Shown in pieces: positions 29,512-38,300 of a stretch of 64,000 nt of DNA. Both the position numbers and the translations under genes were made by a program. The notes under the pieces are model-generated. The model saw only the letters and a program-made list of their open reading frames with translations, ran no database searches and had not been told where the DNA came from. The stretch spans positions 1 to 64,000 of the forward strand of contig CAWBOC010000005.1 of assembly GCA_963790305.1 (NCBI GenBank), in the 5' to 3' direction. Numbering within the stretch: position 1 is the stretch's first letter; each line of letters starts with the position of its first letter. Source of the stretch: an uncultured Gemmatimonadaceae bacterium (GTDB lineage: Bacteria > Gemmatimonadota > Gemmatimonadetes > Gemmatimonadales > Gemmatimonadaceae).

Positions 29512-30219
29512 CTACTGACTGGCCATGGGCTCGGTGCGTGTGGATACAATGAGCCCAACGATGCACGAGAGCATGAGCGTCGCGATTCCCGTCAGTAGCC
29601 CGTACCGAGGCGCCGCCAGAGCCACGATGATCGTTAGGACGCCGGAGACGACGAACGCCGTACCGAACGCACGGTGCGTCGTCCGCCACAGCTGCGGGTC
29701 CTCGAGCGTGCGCTTCGTGCGCACGCCGGCGACCCAGTTTGGGCGCAGCCGAGGAATGACGTTCCCCATGAGGATGAGGCTGGCGCCGAGCATGAAGGGA
29801 ACGATGCGCACCGCGAGATCGTGGTAGCCGAGCGCGCCGGCGATGATCGCGGCGTGAACACCGAGCAGGAGCAGGACGACGGCGAGCACGATCGCGTCGT
29901 AGGTCTTGGCGAACCGCGCGAACTGCTCCGGGCTCGTCACCGCGTCAGGGGCACGTCGCATGAACAGCCGGCCCACGCGCTGCCCGGCCGTGGTTGGCGC
30001 TGCGCGAAACGAGACCCACACGACGAGCGCGATCGCGGGCACGAGCGACAGTGCGGCCCAACGGGGTATTGAATCGGCGGCTTCGTTCGTGTCGAACGGC
30101 AGCAGGCCATCGAGCCGGAACTCGACCGTCGGGGGCAGCCAGCCATACGCCAGCAGCGACGCGGCGGCGGCGAGGCCAATGAGGACGAGCGGGATCCACT
30201 TACGATCGACGCTTGGCAT
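29512..30219 (-). CDS. SdpI/YhfL-family membrane protein
   Basis: GNVIPRLRPNWVAGVRTKRTL..WRTTHR; multiple TM helices; overlaps the upstream ArsR gene. Confidence 0.88.
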   Translation of the reverse strand: MPSVDRKWIPLVLIGLAAAASLLAYGWLPPTVEFRLDGLLPFDTNEAADSIPRWAALSLVPAIALVVWVSFRAAPTTAGQRVGRLFMRRAPDAVTSPEQFARFAKTYDAIVLAVVLLLLGVHAAIIAGALGYHDLAVRIVPFMLGASLILMGNVIPRLRPNWVAGVRTKRTLEDPQLWRTTHRAFGTAFVVSGVLTIIVALAAPRYGLLTGIATLMLSCIVGLIVSTRTEPMASQ

Positions 30220-30499
30220 TTGATCCTCCGGGCTGCACCCAGTTGAGGAGATGTTCGACGGCTTCCTGGAAGACGGTGGTATCGAGCTCGTAGACGATGC
30301 TCGACCCGTTACGCTCCGTCGTGACGAGCTCGGCGTCGCGAAGGACGGCGAGGTGGCGCGAGATGGTGGCCCAGGCCGACGGGAACTTCGCGGCGATCTC
30401 GCCCGAAGGGAGCGGTCCCGCGCGCAGGAGATGCAGGATCTCTCGCCGTGTGGGATCCGCGAGGGCTTTGAAGACGGCGTCGGGTGAAGCCATAGGCAT
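30200..30499 (-). CDS. ArsR/SmtB-family repressor (SdpR-like)
   Basis: VFKALADPTRREILHLL..SGEIA..ATISRHLAVLRDAELV..ER.G..IVY.L.TTVFQE. Confidence 0.92.
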   Translation of the reverse strand: MPMASPDAVFKALADPTRREILHLLRAGPLPSGEIAAKFPSAWATISRHLAVLRDAELVTTERNGSSIVYELDTTVFQEAVEHLLNWVQPGGSNAKRRS

Positions 30500-30513
30500 C
30501 GACCAGGGTTCGT

Positions 30514-30554
30514 TTATTAGCTAATAAGCTAATTAGCTTATCATCGCCTGTCAA
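30514..30554 (-). promoter_or_regulatory. Sigma70 promoter (TTGACA-17-TAGCTT) overlapped by palindromic operator sites
   Basis: Minus-strand TTGACA at 30554-30549 and TAGCTT at 30531-30526; palindromes TTATTAGCTAATAA (30514-30527) and ATAAGCTAATTAGCTTAT (30524-30541). Confidence 0.8.
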
Positions 30555-30577
30555 GGTTGCATATCGTCAGCGGGTAT

Positions 30578-30976
30578 ATGTCTCGTGTTTTCGGTGCCCT
30601 CGTCCTTGCTCAGGCCGCGCACTCGATCGAGGAGTACCTCGGCCGACTCTGGGAATCATTCCCACCGGCCAGGTTCCTCACCGGCCTCTTTCCATTCGAT
30701 CCCGAGCTCGTGTTCATCATCCTCAACGTCGCGCTCGTCGGGTTTGGCCTGTGGTGCCTGTTTTGGCCGGTGCGGCGGAGCTGGCCATCCGCAACGGGAT
30801 TGATGTGGCTGTGGGTTGTGATCGAGACGATCAACGGCGTCGGCCACCCGCTGTGGTCGCTGCGTCAGGGCGGATACACGCCGGGCGTCATCACCGCCCC
30901 ACTCCTGCTCGTCCTCGCGCTCTACCTCGGCGCCCAGCTACGCAAGCGCACCGTCACCGCGGAGCGCGTACCCTGA
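30578..30976 (+). CDS. HXXEE domain membrane protein
   Basis: AAHSIEEY; NGVGH; GYTPGVITA; four hydrophobic segments. Confidence 0.88.
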   Translation: MSRVFGALVLAQAAHSIEEYLGRLWESFPPARFLTGLFPFDPELVFIILNVALVGFGLWCLFWPVRRSWPSATGLMWLWVVIETINGVGHPLWSLRQGGYTPGVITAPLLLVLALYLGAQLRKRTVTAERVP

Positions 30977-31313
30977 GAACGCGGCGGCGCGCAGTCCAGG
31001 TGAGGCTGATGCTCACATCTGCGCCGACTCGTGAGCAGAAGCGGATCAGCTGCTCGAGAGAGAAGCGAGCGAGGCGACCGTTCCGGAGATCGGACATGCG
31101 CGGCTGATCGGTGTCGACGATCGCGGCCGCCTCGGCCTGCGGCCAGCCGTCGAGCGCTTCGACGACGGCGCGAGCGAGCTGCTCCTTGAGCGGCGGGATG
31201 GGATCCGGGACGGGCACGTCCAAGAATGGCGAGCGGGCATCGGGCGAGCGGCATCCCGATTTGGCATCGGGTGTCCTTTCAAGGTGCCGTATGGCAGAAC
31301 TGCCATACCCCAC
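30954..31313 (-). CDS. XRE-family HTH protein (HigA2/HTH_37-like); start uncertain
   Basis: LKEQLARAV..QAEAAAIVDTDQPRMSDLRNGRLARFSLEQL. Confidence 0.75.
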   Translation of the reverse strand: MGYGSSAIRHLERTPDAKSGCRSPDARSPFLDVPVPDPIPPLKEQLARAVVEALDGWPQAEAAAIVDTDQPRMSDLRNGRLARFSLEQLIRFCSRVGADVSISLTWTARRRVLRVRAPR

Positions 31314-31338
31314 CCTGGCGGATACCGACGCCGAGTTT

Positions 31339-31378
31339 TCAGCGCTTCTCCAGCGCCCCCAGCGCTCCGTCCAGCGCC
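31339..31378. repeat. Half element (single arm) of CAGCGC 9-11-nt units
   Basis: tcagcgcttctccagcgcccccagcgctccgtccagcgcc resembles the right arm of 40798-40882. Confidence 0.55.
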
Positions 31379-31387
31379 ATTGACCCT

Positions 31388-31429
31388 GTTATGACCATTG
31401 TTCATATGCATGTGGACAATGTTCATAAC
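31388..31429. promoter_or_regulatory. 42-bp AT-rich imperfect palindrome (operator or terminator)
   Basis: GTTATGACCATTGTTCATATGCATGTGGACAATGTTCATAAC is centred on ATGCAT, abuts the AlbA_2 gene stop and lies upstream of the XRE gene. Confidence 0.6.
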
Positions 31430-33103
31430 TTATGACACTGCCTCGGCCGCCTGCTCATAATAGGAGCCTCGCCGCTCCCCTTTGACCACCAGATCGCCGC
31501 GCTTTACGAGCTTCTCCAGGACCGCCCTGGCCTCCCGTGGGCCCACCTGACAAAGGTCGGCGGCCTGCGCACGGGTGATCCGGCCATGCGACGCAACGTA
31601 TTGCAGGATCATGCTTTCCCGCTGAATTGGCTCGATTCCCCGGACGCGGACAAAGGCCTCGGGCGTCCCCAGAGCGCGATAGGTGGCGGCGGAGAAATGG
31701 TAAACCCGATCGCGGCGCTCGTCGCGGGCCTCCAATAAGCCGCCCTCCACCAGCCGCTCCAGAAATGACAGAGCGACCGGCTCCGCCCTTTGAACCAGTG
31801 CCGCCACCCTCCCGACAGTGACGCGACGCTCGCTGTCGACAGCGTTCAGGATGAGGAGCTCCTCGACGCCCAGCCGCTGACCGGGCTTGTCGCGAGCGGC
31901 GACCAGGCGAGTCAACGCCATGTTCGCCGGTCCCCCGCGCAGCACCACATGCACCGCCTCGGCGGTCGACCTCGAGTAGTCCGGAGCCTGCCGGCCGTAG
32001 CGGAGCTGGCCCTCGAAGATCGTGTCGATCCCGCGACCGGTGCGCTCGACCAGGCCAATGCGCTTGAACGCGTTCGCCAGGACCGGATTCCGCGGGCGCG
32101 GCGCCGTCACCAGCAGATTCTCGAGCCGCACCTCCGCCGGAAAGCCGCCTGGATTCGAGATCTCGATCTCGTTCTCGCTCCATTGCACATGGACCGCGCC
32201 TAACGACGTATAGTCGCGGTGAATCAACGCGTTGTGCAGCGCTTCTCGGAAGCCCGCCGGGCTGTACCGCGGCACCCCGACGCTCACCGAGCCGACGGCC
32301 AGCTCCTCCTCCTCGTTCCGGGCATCGAACCGCTCGCGAATCACCTCGGCCACGCGAATCAACGGCAGGCGATAGAACTCGTTGACCGCGATGCGCAACC
32401 CGGTCATCACCTGGAACGCCACCTCGTGCGTCGGAATGAGCTGACGCACCGACTCCTCGCGCCCCACCATCAGGAGTCCAGCGATCGTTATTCCGTTTCC
32501 AACGCGGAGGCCGAGCGCGCGCGCGATCTCCTCGTCAGGCAGGTTGAGGAGGGTTGCGTCGGCGCGCCCCGCATTGCGGGCAATCGTCTGACGCAGCCGC
32601 TCGAGCTCCAGCGGATCGAGATCCTCCCAGCGCGCCTGCGGGACGACGAGCGCCGAGTGGTCGATGACGCCGCGGGAGGCCTCGCGGGATTGCATCTCGT
32701 GCGGCAGGAAGGGGACGCACTTCCACTTCCCATGCACGTCGGTCGCCCTTCGGCGGTAGACGCCGGCCACGGTCGCCGTCACCGGCTGCTCGGGAGGAAT
32801 GCTGACGACGATGACATCGCGTCCGTCGACCGTGACGACGCCGCACTCGACCGAGCAGGCGGGCGCGGTCTGATTCGCGATCAGGAGCTCGAGGCGCCGC
32901 GCATCGGTATACGTCCCGTGGCGCGGTCGCGCCCCCGTTATGCGGCCGTCATCCTCGACCCCGATGAGGATGAGCCCTCCGCGCGCGTTGGCGAGGCAGC
33001 TGACGGTCTCGACGAGCGCGCCGTCGTCGAGCGCGCTGCGGAACTCGACGTCGAGCTGCTCGCCCTGGGCGAGGACGTCGCGGAGCTGGTCTGCGGTGAG
33101 CAT
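31430..33103 (-). CDS. AlbA_2 (Schlafen-like) / HATPase_c_4 / HTH ATP-binding protein (RecG-C-like)
   Basis: GEQLDVEFRS, CLANARGGLILIGVEDDG, REALHNALIHRDY, ISNPGG, PRNPVLA, VERTGRGID, C-terminal wHTH. Confidence 0.88.
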   Translation of the reverse strand: MLTADQLRDVLAQGEQLDVEFRSALDDGALVETVSCLANARGGLILIGVEDDGRITGARPRHGTYTDARRLELLIANQTAPACSVECGVVTVDGRDVIVVSIPPEQPVTATVAGVYRRRATDVHGKWKCVPFLPHEMQSREASRGVIDHSALVVPQARWEDLDPLELERLRQTIARNAGRADATLLNLPDEEIARALGLRVGNGITIAGLLMVGREESVRQLIPTHEVAFQVMTGLRIAVNEFYRLPLIRVAEVIRERFDARNEEEELAVGSVSVGVPRYSPAGFREALHNALIHRDYTSLGAVHVQWSENEIEISNPGGFPAEVRLENLLVTAPRPRNPVLANAFKRIGLVERTGRGIDTIFEGQLRYGRQAPDYSRSTAEAVHVVLRGGPANMALTRLVAARDKPGQRLGVEELLILNAVDSERRVTVGRVAALVQRAEPVALSFLERLVEGGLLEARDERRDRVYHFSAATYRALGTPEAFVRVRGIEPIQRESMILQYVASHGRITRAQAADLCQVGPREARAVLEKLVKRGDLVVKGERRGSYYEQAAEAVS

Positions 33104-33158
33104 GCTGCCGCGAATGCTAGGCGCATTTGCAGCAGCGCGACAGGGGAACTAGCGGTCC

Positions 33159-34361
33159 CTATGGTATCGCCAGCCCGTACCTCGCGTTGATCGCCTGCAC
33201 CGCCGCGTTGGCGAGGATCGTCTGACCCTGCGGGCTCGGATGCACGCCGTCGAGACTGATGTTCGGGCCGAACGGATTGTTCGAGAAGAGCACGTCGTAC
33301 AGGTTGAACGAGCCCTTCGGCAGATCGTACAGCGCAGCGAGCTTGAAGAATGCGTAGCCGTTCTCGTTCGCCTTCGCCTCAATGTACGCGTTCATCTGCG
33401 CCATGCGTGCATTGAGAGCGTTCATGTCGCTGGACGTCAGCACGTAGTCCGCTTCGCCCGGAACATCCTTGCACGTCGCCGTCGTCGGCGTCCGCGAGAT
33501 GAGCTTGAGCACGTAGCCCGGGACGAACACGTAGTTCGAGCTCAGATAGCAGTTCAGGCTCATCGAGACTCCGAACGCGAGCAGGTCGGGCCACTCATTG
33601 AAGAACTCGCGCGCACGGCGGATGCTCGGGAAGTTCGCCGCATTGTTCGGGAGACCGACGAGCACCGCACCCGCCCCGGTCGACTTCACCGCCGCCAGAA
33701 TCTGATCGTAGACGGCCACCCATTCGGCGAAGGGTGTCATCGCCGAGATGCGACCCGTGCTCGCGGGCAGCACTTCGTTGGCTGCGAGCTCGACCGACAC
33801 GAACGTCGGACTCTGCGCCAGCATCGCCGTCACCTGCGTGTGTCCCGGCGGCAACACTCGGCTGTACATCACGCCCGCCTGCGGGTTGTGCGCGGCCTCG
33901 TGCTCGGGAGTCGTGTTCAGCGCATCGCGCGCCTTCGCACCCGAGATCGCTACGCTGTTGGTCGGCAGCGTGGTGCCCTCACGCAATGGCATGCAGATAT
34001 TCATCACCGCGCTCACCAGGTCTTCACCGAAGGCGGCGAACCCGGCGAGGAGCACCATGTTGGCGGCCAGCGGAGCGATGAGCGGAGGAGAGCAACCGGG
34101 GTCCTGGATCAGCGGCATCGAGAATGGCACACCGACTCTCGACGCGAGCTGTGCCGGCCACGCCATGCGTTGGCCGGACGCGCTGATGCCTGCCGACACT
34201 ACGCCCATGCTGTTGCTGGTGCCCATCGCCACGTAGCGCGCGAAGAGCTCCTGGGGCGTCGCCTGAATGCTGAGGCGCGGTGTGATGAACGTTGGGGCGG
34301 TGGGGTCAGCGCACGCGGCGACGGCCAGCGTTAGGCTGACGAGCAAGACACAATGCTTCAT
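33159..34361 (-). CDS. SGNH/GDSL-family hydrolase lipoprotein
   Basis: VAAC lipobox; YVAMGTSNS, AISGA, ELAANE, SLDGVHPSPQG. Confidence 0.85.
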   Translation of the reverse strand: MKHCVLLVSLTLAVAACADPTAPTFITPRLSIQATPQELFARYVAMGTSNSMGVVSAGISASGQRMAWPAQLASRVGVPFSMPLIQDPGCSPPLIAPLAANMVLLAGFAAFGEDLVSAVMNICMPLREGTTLPTNSVAISGAKARDALNTTPEHEAAHNPQAGVMYSRVLPPGHTQVTAMLAQSPTFVSVELAANEVLPASTGRISAMTPFAEWVAVYDQILAAVKSTGAGAVLVGLPNNAANFPSIRRAREFFNEWPDLLAFGVSMSLNCYLSSNYVFVPGYVLKLISRTPTTATCKDVPGEADYVLTSSDMNALNARMAQMNAYIEAKANENGYAFFKLAALYDLPKGSFNLYDVLFSNNPFGPNISLDGVHPSPQGQTILANAAVQAINARYGLAIP

Positions 34362-34493
34362 GGGGCGACTCCGGCAGCTGGGTCCTTCACGCCAAAGGAA
34401 AGGCGGCGGCGTCGCCGCGCGGCTTCAAGGGAACATCTATTTACGCCCCTGGCAAGGGCCGCCATTGCCAGCCCGGCTAGCTTTCCCGGACCC

Positions 34494-35366
34494 ATGCGCG
34501 GCCGTCCCCTCGCCTACGCTTTTCTTTTCGTCGCGATCCTCATCTGGGGCTTCGCGTATGTCGTCACGAAAAGCGGGCTCGATGCGGTGCCGCCGATGAT
34601 GTTCGCGCTCCTGCGCTACACGGTCGCGTCCCTTCTGCTCGTTCCACTCGCGCTCGCCCGCGGCGGACTCTCCCGACTTCCGCAGCCAGTGCCGTGGCGG
34701 ACGCTCATTCTCATGGCGATCGTCGGCGTCGCCCTCTACTACGTACTCTTCAATCTCGCGCTCGCCTATACGAGCGCATCACAGACAGCGCTCATCCAGA
34801 GCGCCTTCCCCGCCCTCGTGGCGATCCTGGCAGTGGTCTGGCTGCACGAGCGCGTCACGCGACAGCGCTTCGCGGGTATCGGCCTCGCCATCGTCGGTGT
34901 CGTGCTCATCGTCGCGACGCAGGACAATGCGGCCGCGAGCAATCCCCTCCTTGGCAACGCGTTGGCATTCGCATCGGTGCTCTCGTGGAGCACGTACACC
35001 ATTCTCGCCAAGCGGATTTCAGACGCCGACCCCATCGCCGTCACCGCGGTCATCTCGCTGATCGGCACCGTCATGCTCGTCCCCGCCGTTCTGATCGAGA
35101 ACGCCAATGTCTCGCTCTCCTCGATCCCCCGCGATGGATGGCTGGCCATCCTCTATCTCGGCGGACTGGCGTCCGCCGCCAGCTACCTGCTCTACAGCCG
35201 CGCGCTGCGCGACATCGACGCGAGCCTCGTCGGGGCGTTCATCAATCTCAGCCCCGTCATCGGCGTGGTCAGTGGCGTGCTGGTTCTCGGCGAGGCGATC
35301 ACGCCTACCGCGATCATCGGCGGCGTGTTGGTGCTGGTGGGCGTGTGGCTCTCATCTAAACGATAA
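34494..35366 (+). CDS. DMT/EamA family transporter
   Basis: LIWG..VVTK, ten TM helices, LHERVT, NLSPVIGV..LGEAIT. Confidence 0.92.
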   Translation: MRGRPLAYAFLFVAILIWGFAYVVTKSGLDAVPPMMFALLRYTVASLLLVPLALARGGLSRLPQPVPWRTLILMAIVGVALYYVLFNLALAYTSASQTALIQSAFPALVAILAVVWLHERVTRQRFAGIGLAIVGVVLIVATQDNAAASNPLLGNALAFASVLSWSTYTILAKRISDADPIAVTAVISLIGTVMLVPAVLIENANVSLSSIPRDGWLAILYLGGLASAASYLLYSRALRDIDASLVGAFINLSPVIGVVSGVLVLGEAITPTAIIGGVLVLVGVWLSSKR

Positions 35367-35370
35367 ACGG

Positions 35371-38300
35371 TCATTGCTTCGCCGCGCGGATCCACTCCAG
35401 GATGTTGGGGTCGCGAATGTCGCGATCGCGCGCGAGCATCAGGACCTTCGTCAGCACCTCGGCGGTCTTCGGATCGTCGTCGGCAAAAGGAAGGAAGAGC
35501 CGACCACGGTGCTGCGAGTGAACAGCGACGATGGGAATCGCGGTTCCCGGCATCAGCGACACACCCGCACTCCCGAGGTGCACTGAGTAGGTGCCGAGCT
35601 CGCCGCGCACCATGGCGTGATTGGCCTTGAGCTCCACGTTGGCGAGGCCGAGCAGCTCGCACGTTTCCTTCACCAGCGTCGCGCGCATCTCCACCGTCGA
35701 CGCGGTCGCCTCGGGGTCGACACCACCTCGATGCGCGACGCTCACCACCAGGTCGAGATCGCGCATGGCTTCGCTGAACAGAAGGGGCGGGATGTCACGC
35801 AGGGCGAGCTCCTTCCAGCTCCCCTTCGGAGTGAAGACGACGTCTTCCAGCGTCAGCCCCTCGATGTCGGCCGGGGTATAGAACGCCTCCTGGAAGCCGA
35901 GTCGCACGGTCAAGCCGGCTTCGTGAAACGTGCGGCTGACGCCCTCTTCCGGGCGCGCAACCCAACCGCGTCCCCCGAGCAACGCGAGCGCCTGACGAGG
36001 ATTCACCTGATGTCCGGCGTACCGCCGCGACTGCACCGCCTCCCGTTCCGCGTCCGTCATCGGGTACAGCTCGCGGAAGACCTGCTTGAACGGCTGCACC
36101 CGCTCGGCGCGGAAGCACTCGTGCTGCCATGCGGACCAGTCACCGCGCTCGAAGAGATCCATGGGATGCGCGATACGAACTTCCTCGTCGTTACCCAGCG
36201 CGTGCGCCGCACCCGAGTGATCGCGCAACACGCGCCCACCCTCGGCGAGATAGCCGGCGACGCCATCACCCACGAACACGAGTCGGGACAACGCGGGTGC
36301 GAGGATCGGGTGATCCACCAGCTCACGCAGCTCCGGCGAACGGAAGCGGTCGCCGCGACACATCGCCTCCTCGAGCGCATCGCGAACACGCGAGCGCTGA
36401 CGCTTGAGCTCCTGCAGCCGATCCTTGAGCTCGACGACATCCGCATCCTTCTTGAGCGCTGCCGGAAGTGTCTTGAGCGCCTTCCCGTTCTTGGTCGTCG
36501 TCAGGCTCGGCACGCCGTCAGCATCGATAGAGAGAGTCAATGTGACGTCGCCCTTCACCCGCACGACCGAACCGTGCGCCAGATCGGCGACAGTCTCACG
36601 CTCCATCGCCCACTGGAGCCGTTGCGGGTCCCGGTATCCGGCGGTGCGCGCGAGGTTCGCGAGACCGATCGCGACCGCGCGGCCTTCACTCTGCTGCCGC
36701 TGGGAGCCGAACTTTCGCGCTTCGCGCTTGAATTCCTGGAGCCGAACGTAGCGCTGACGAAGGTCTTCGCGCCCCTTCTCTCCCTCGGTCAGCGGCAGGA
36801 GACCTAGCGCGCGCACCGAGTCCTGATGACGCGAGGCATCGATGCGAGAAAGGACATCGTGGCGCGTGACCAGACCCGCCATCGCCCGCGCGAAGAGCTG
36901 CGCCCGGGTGTGACCACCGCTGCTTGCGGCGTACTTCGCCGCGGTATCGAGTGCCTTCCACCGTTCGGCGCCTAACGTCTCGTAGACGGCCCGGAACCAG
37001 GCGACATCCACTGCCCCCTCGGTGAGGTCGGCGGCCGAGAGGTGCGTTCGCTCGCTCACCTCAGCGGCCCAGATCTCTTTCATCTCCGCGAGCTGCCAGG
37101 AGCGGTCGTCCTTGGTGTGCGCCTCGATCCACCACACCGCCTCTTCGAGTCCGGGCCATCCCAGCACGTGGTTCACGTGCGCAGCCCATTGGGGCGCGTA
37201 CACGGCAAGCTCCACCAGCCGCGCCTCACGAATGCGCGCCTTGCGCGCCCACTCGGCGAAGGCGTCGATCGTGTCTTCGGCGCGGGGAACGCTGCGCACC
37301 ACGGAATGGCTCAGCGTCTGCTGCCGCGACGTCGAGTCCGTCCACGATACGGTCCGCGCGAAGTGCGATTTGCCCAGTGCGGGGAGCGCTTGCGAGAGTG
37401 TGTCGAGACCGCCGGTCCACCGGAGCTGCCCGGCCAGCGCCGACGCGGCCGTCTCGCGATCGCCCCGGGTGCATTCGACCTCGACCACTCGACGCCGGCA
37501 GCGATCGACCAAGGCGAGAAGCTCCGGATGGCCAGCGATTGCTCGCGCGGGCTTTCTCGTCGAGGCCGCGAGAAGGAGCGAGGAGCGCGAGTGGCGACTT
37601 CCCCCACCGACCATGAGGTCGATGAACTCCGGCTCGCTCATCGCGCCAGCCCGATGCGCCTCGGCGACATCGTCCAGCGTCAGGCGCAGCGCGTCGAATG
37701 CGTTCGACTTCTTCTCGAAATGGCGAAGCAGGCCGTAGAGTCGCTTGGCATGCGTCGCCTGGACCGACGAGGGGAACAGGTCGCGCCACCAGCGCAGCCG
37801 ACGCAGCCACACGTCGGCGCGCTCGAGCTTTCGCTGGAACGCGGGGCGGTTCTCGCCAAAGAGGGTGAAGGCGGAGATTGCCCCGCGCTTCTGCGTGGCG
37901 ATCTCGCGATAGTCGGCTTCGCTGAGCTCGGCGAGACTGCTCTCCAGGCCGTCGAGCAGGAAGTCGACGCCGCCCTTTGGCGGATCCCAGGCGATACACC
38001 ACGCCAGCAACCCACGCAGGAAGTGCGATCCCGCGCTGTACTGGCCAATGGCAACGACCTTTTTCACTGGCGGAGATTTCCACGGTCCCGTGTCGGCGTC
38101 AGTGAGAAGAGCACGCAGAATCTCCAATCCATCAGGATCACGAAGCGACGCCGGGCGCTTGTCGAGCCACGCTCTCCACACCGTCTCGAGCGCGATCGCC
38201 TCGCGCTTCTCCGATGGCTCGAGCTTGCGAGGGCCAAAGCCCCATGCGCCGCTCTCCACGAGGAGCTTTGTCTCTCCACTTGGCGTGCGGACCTCAGTCG

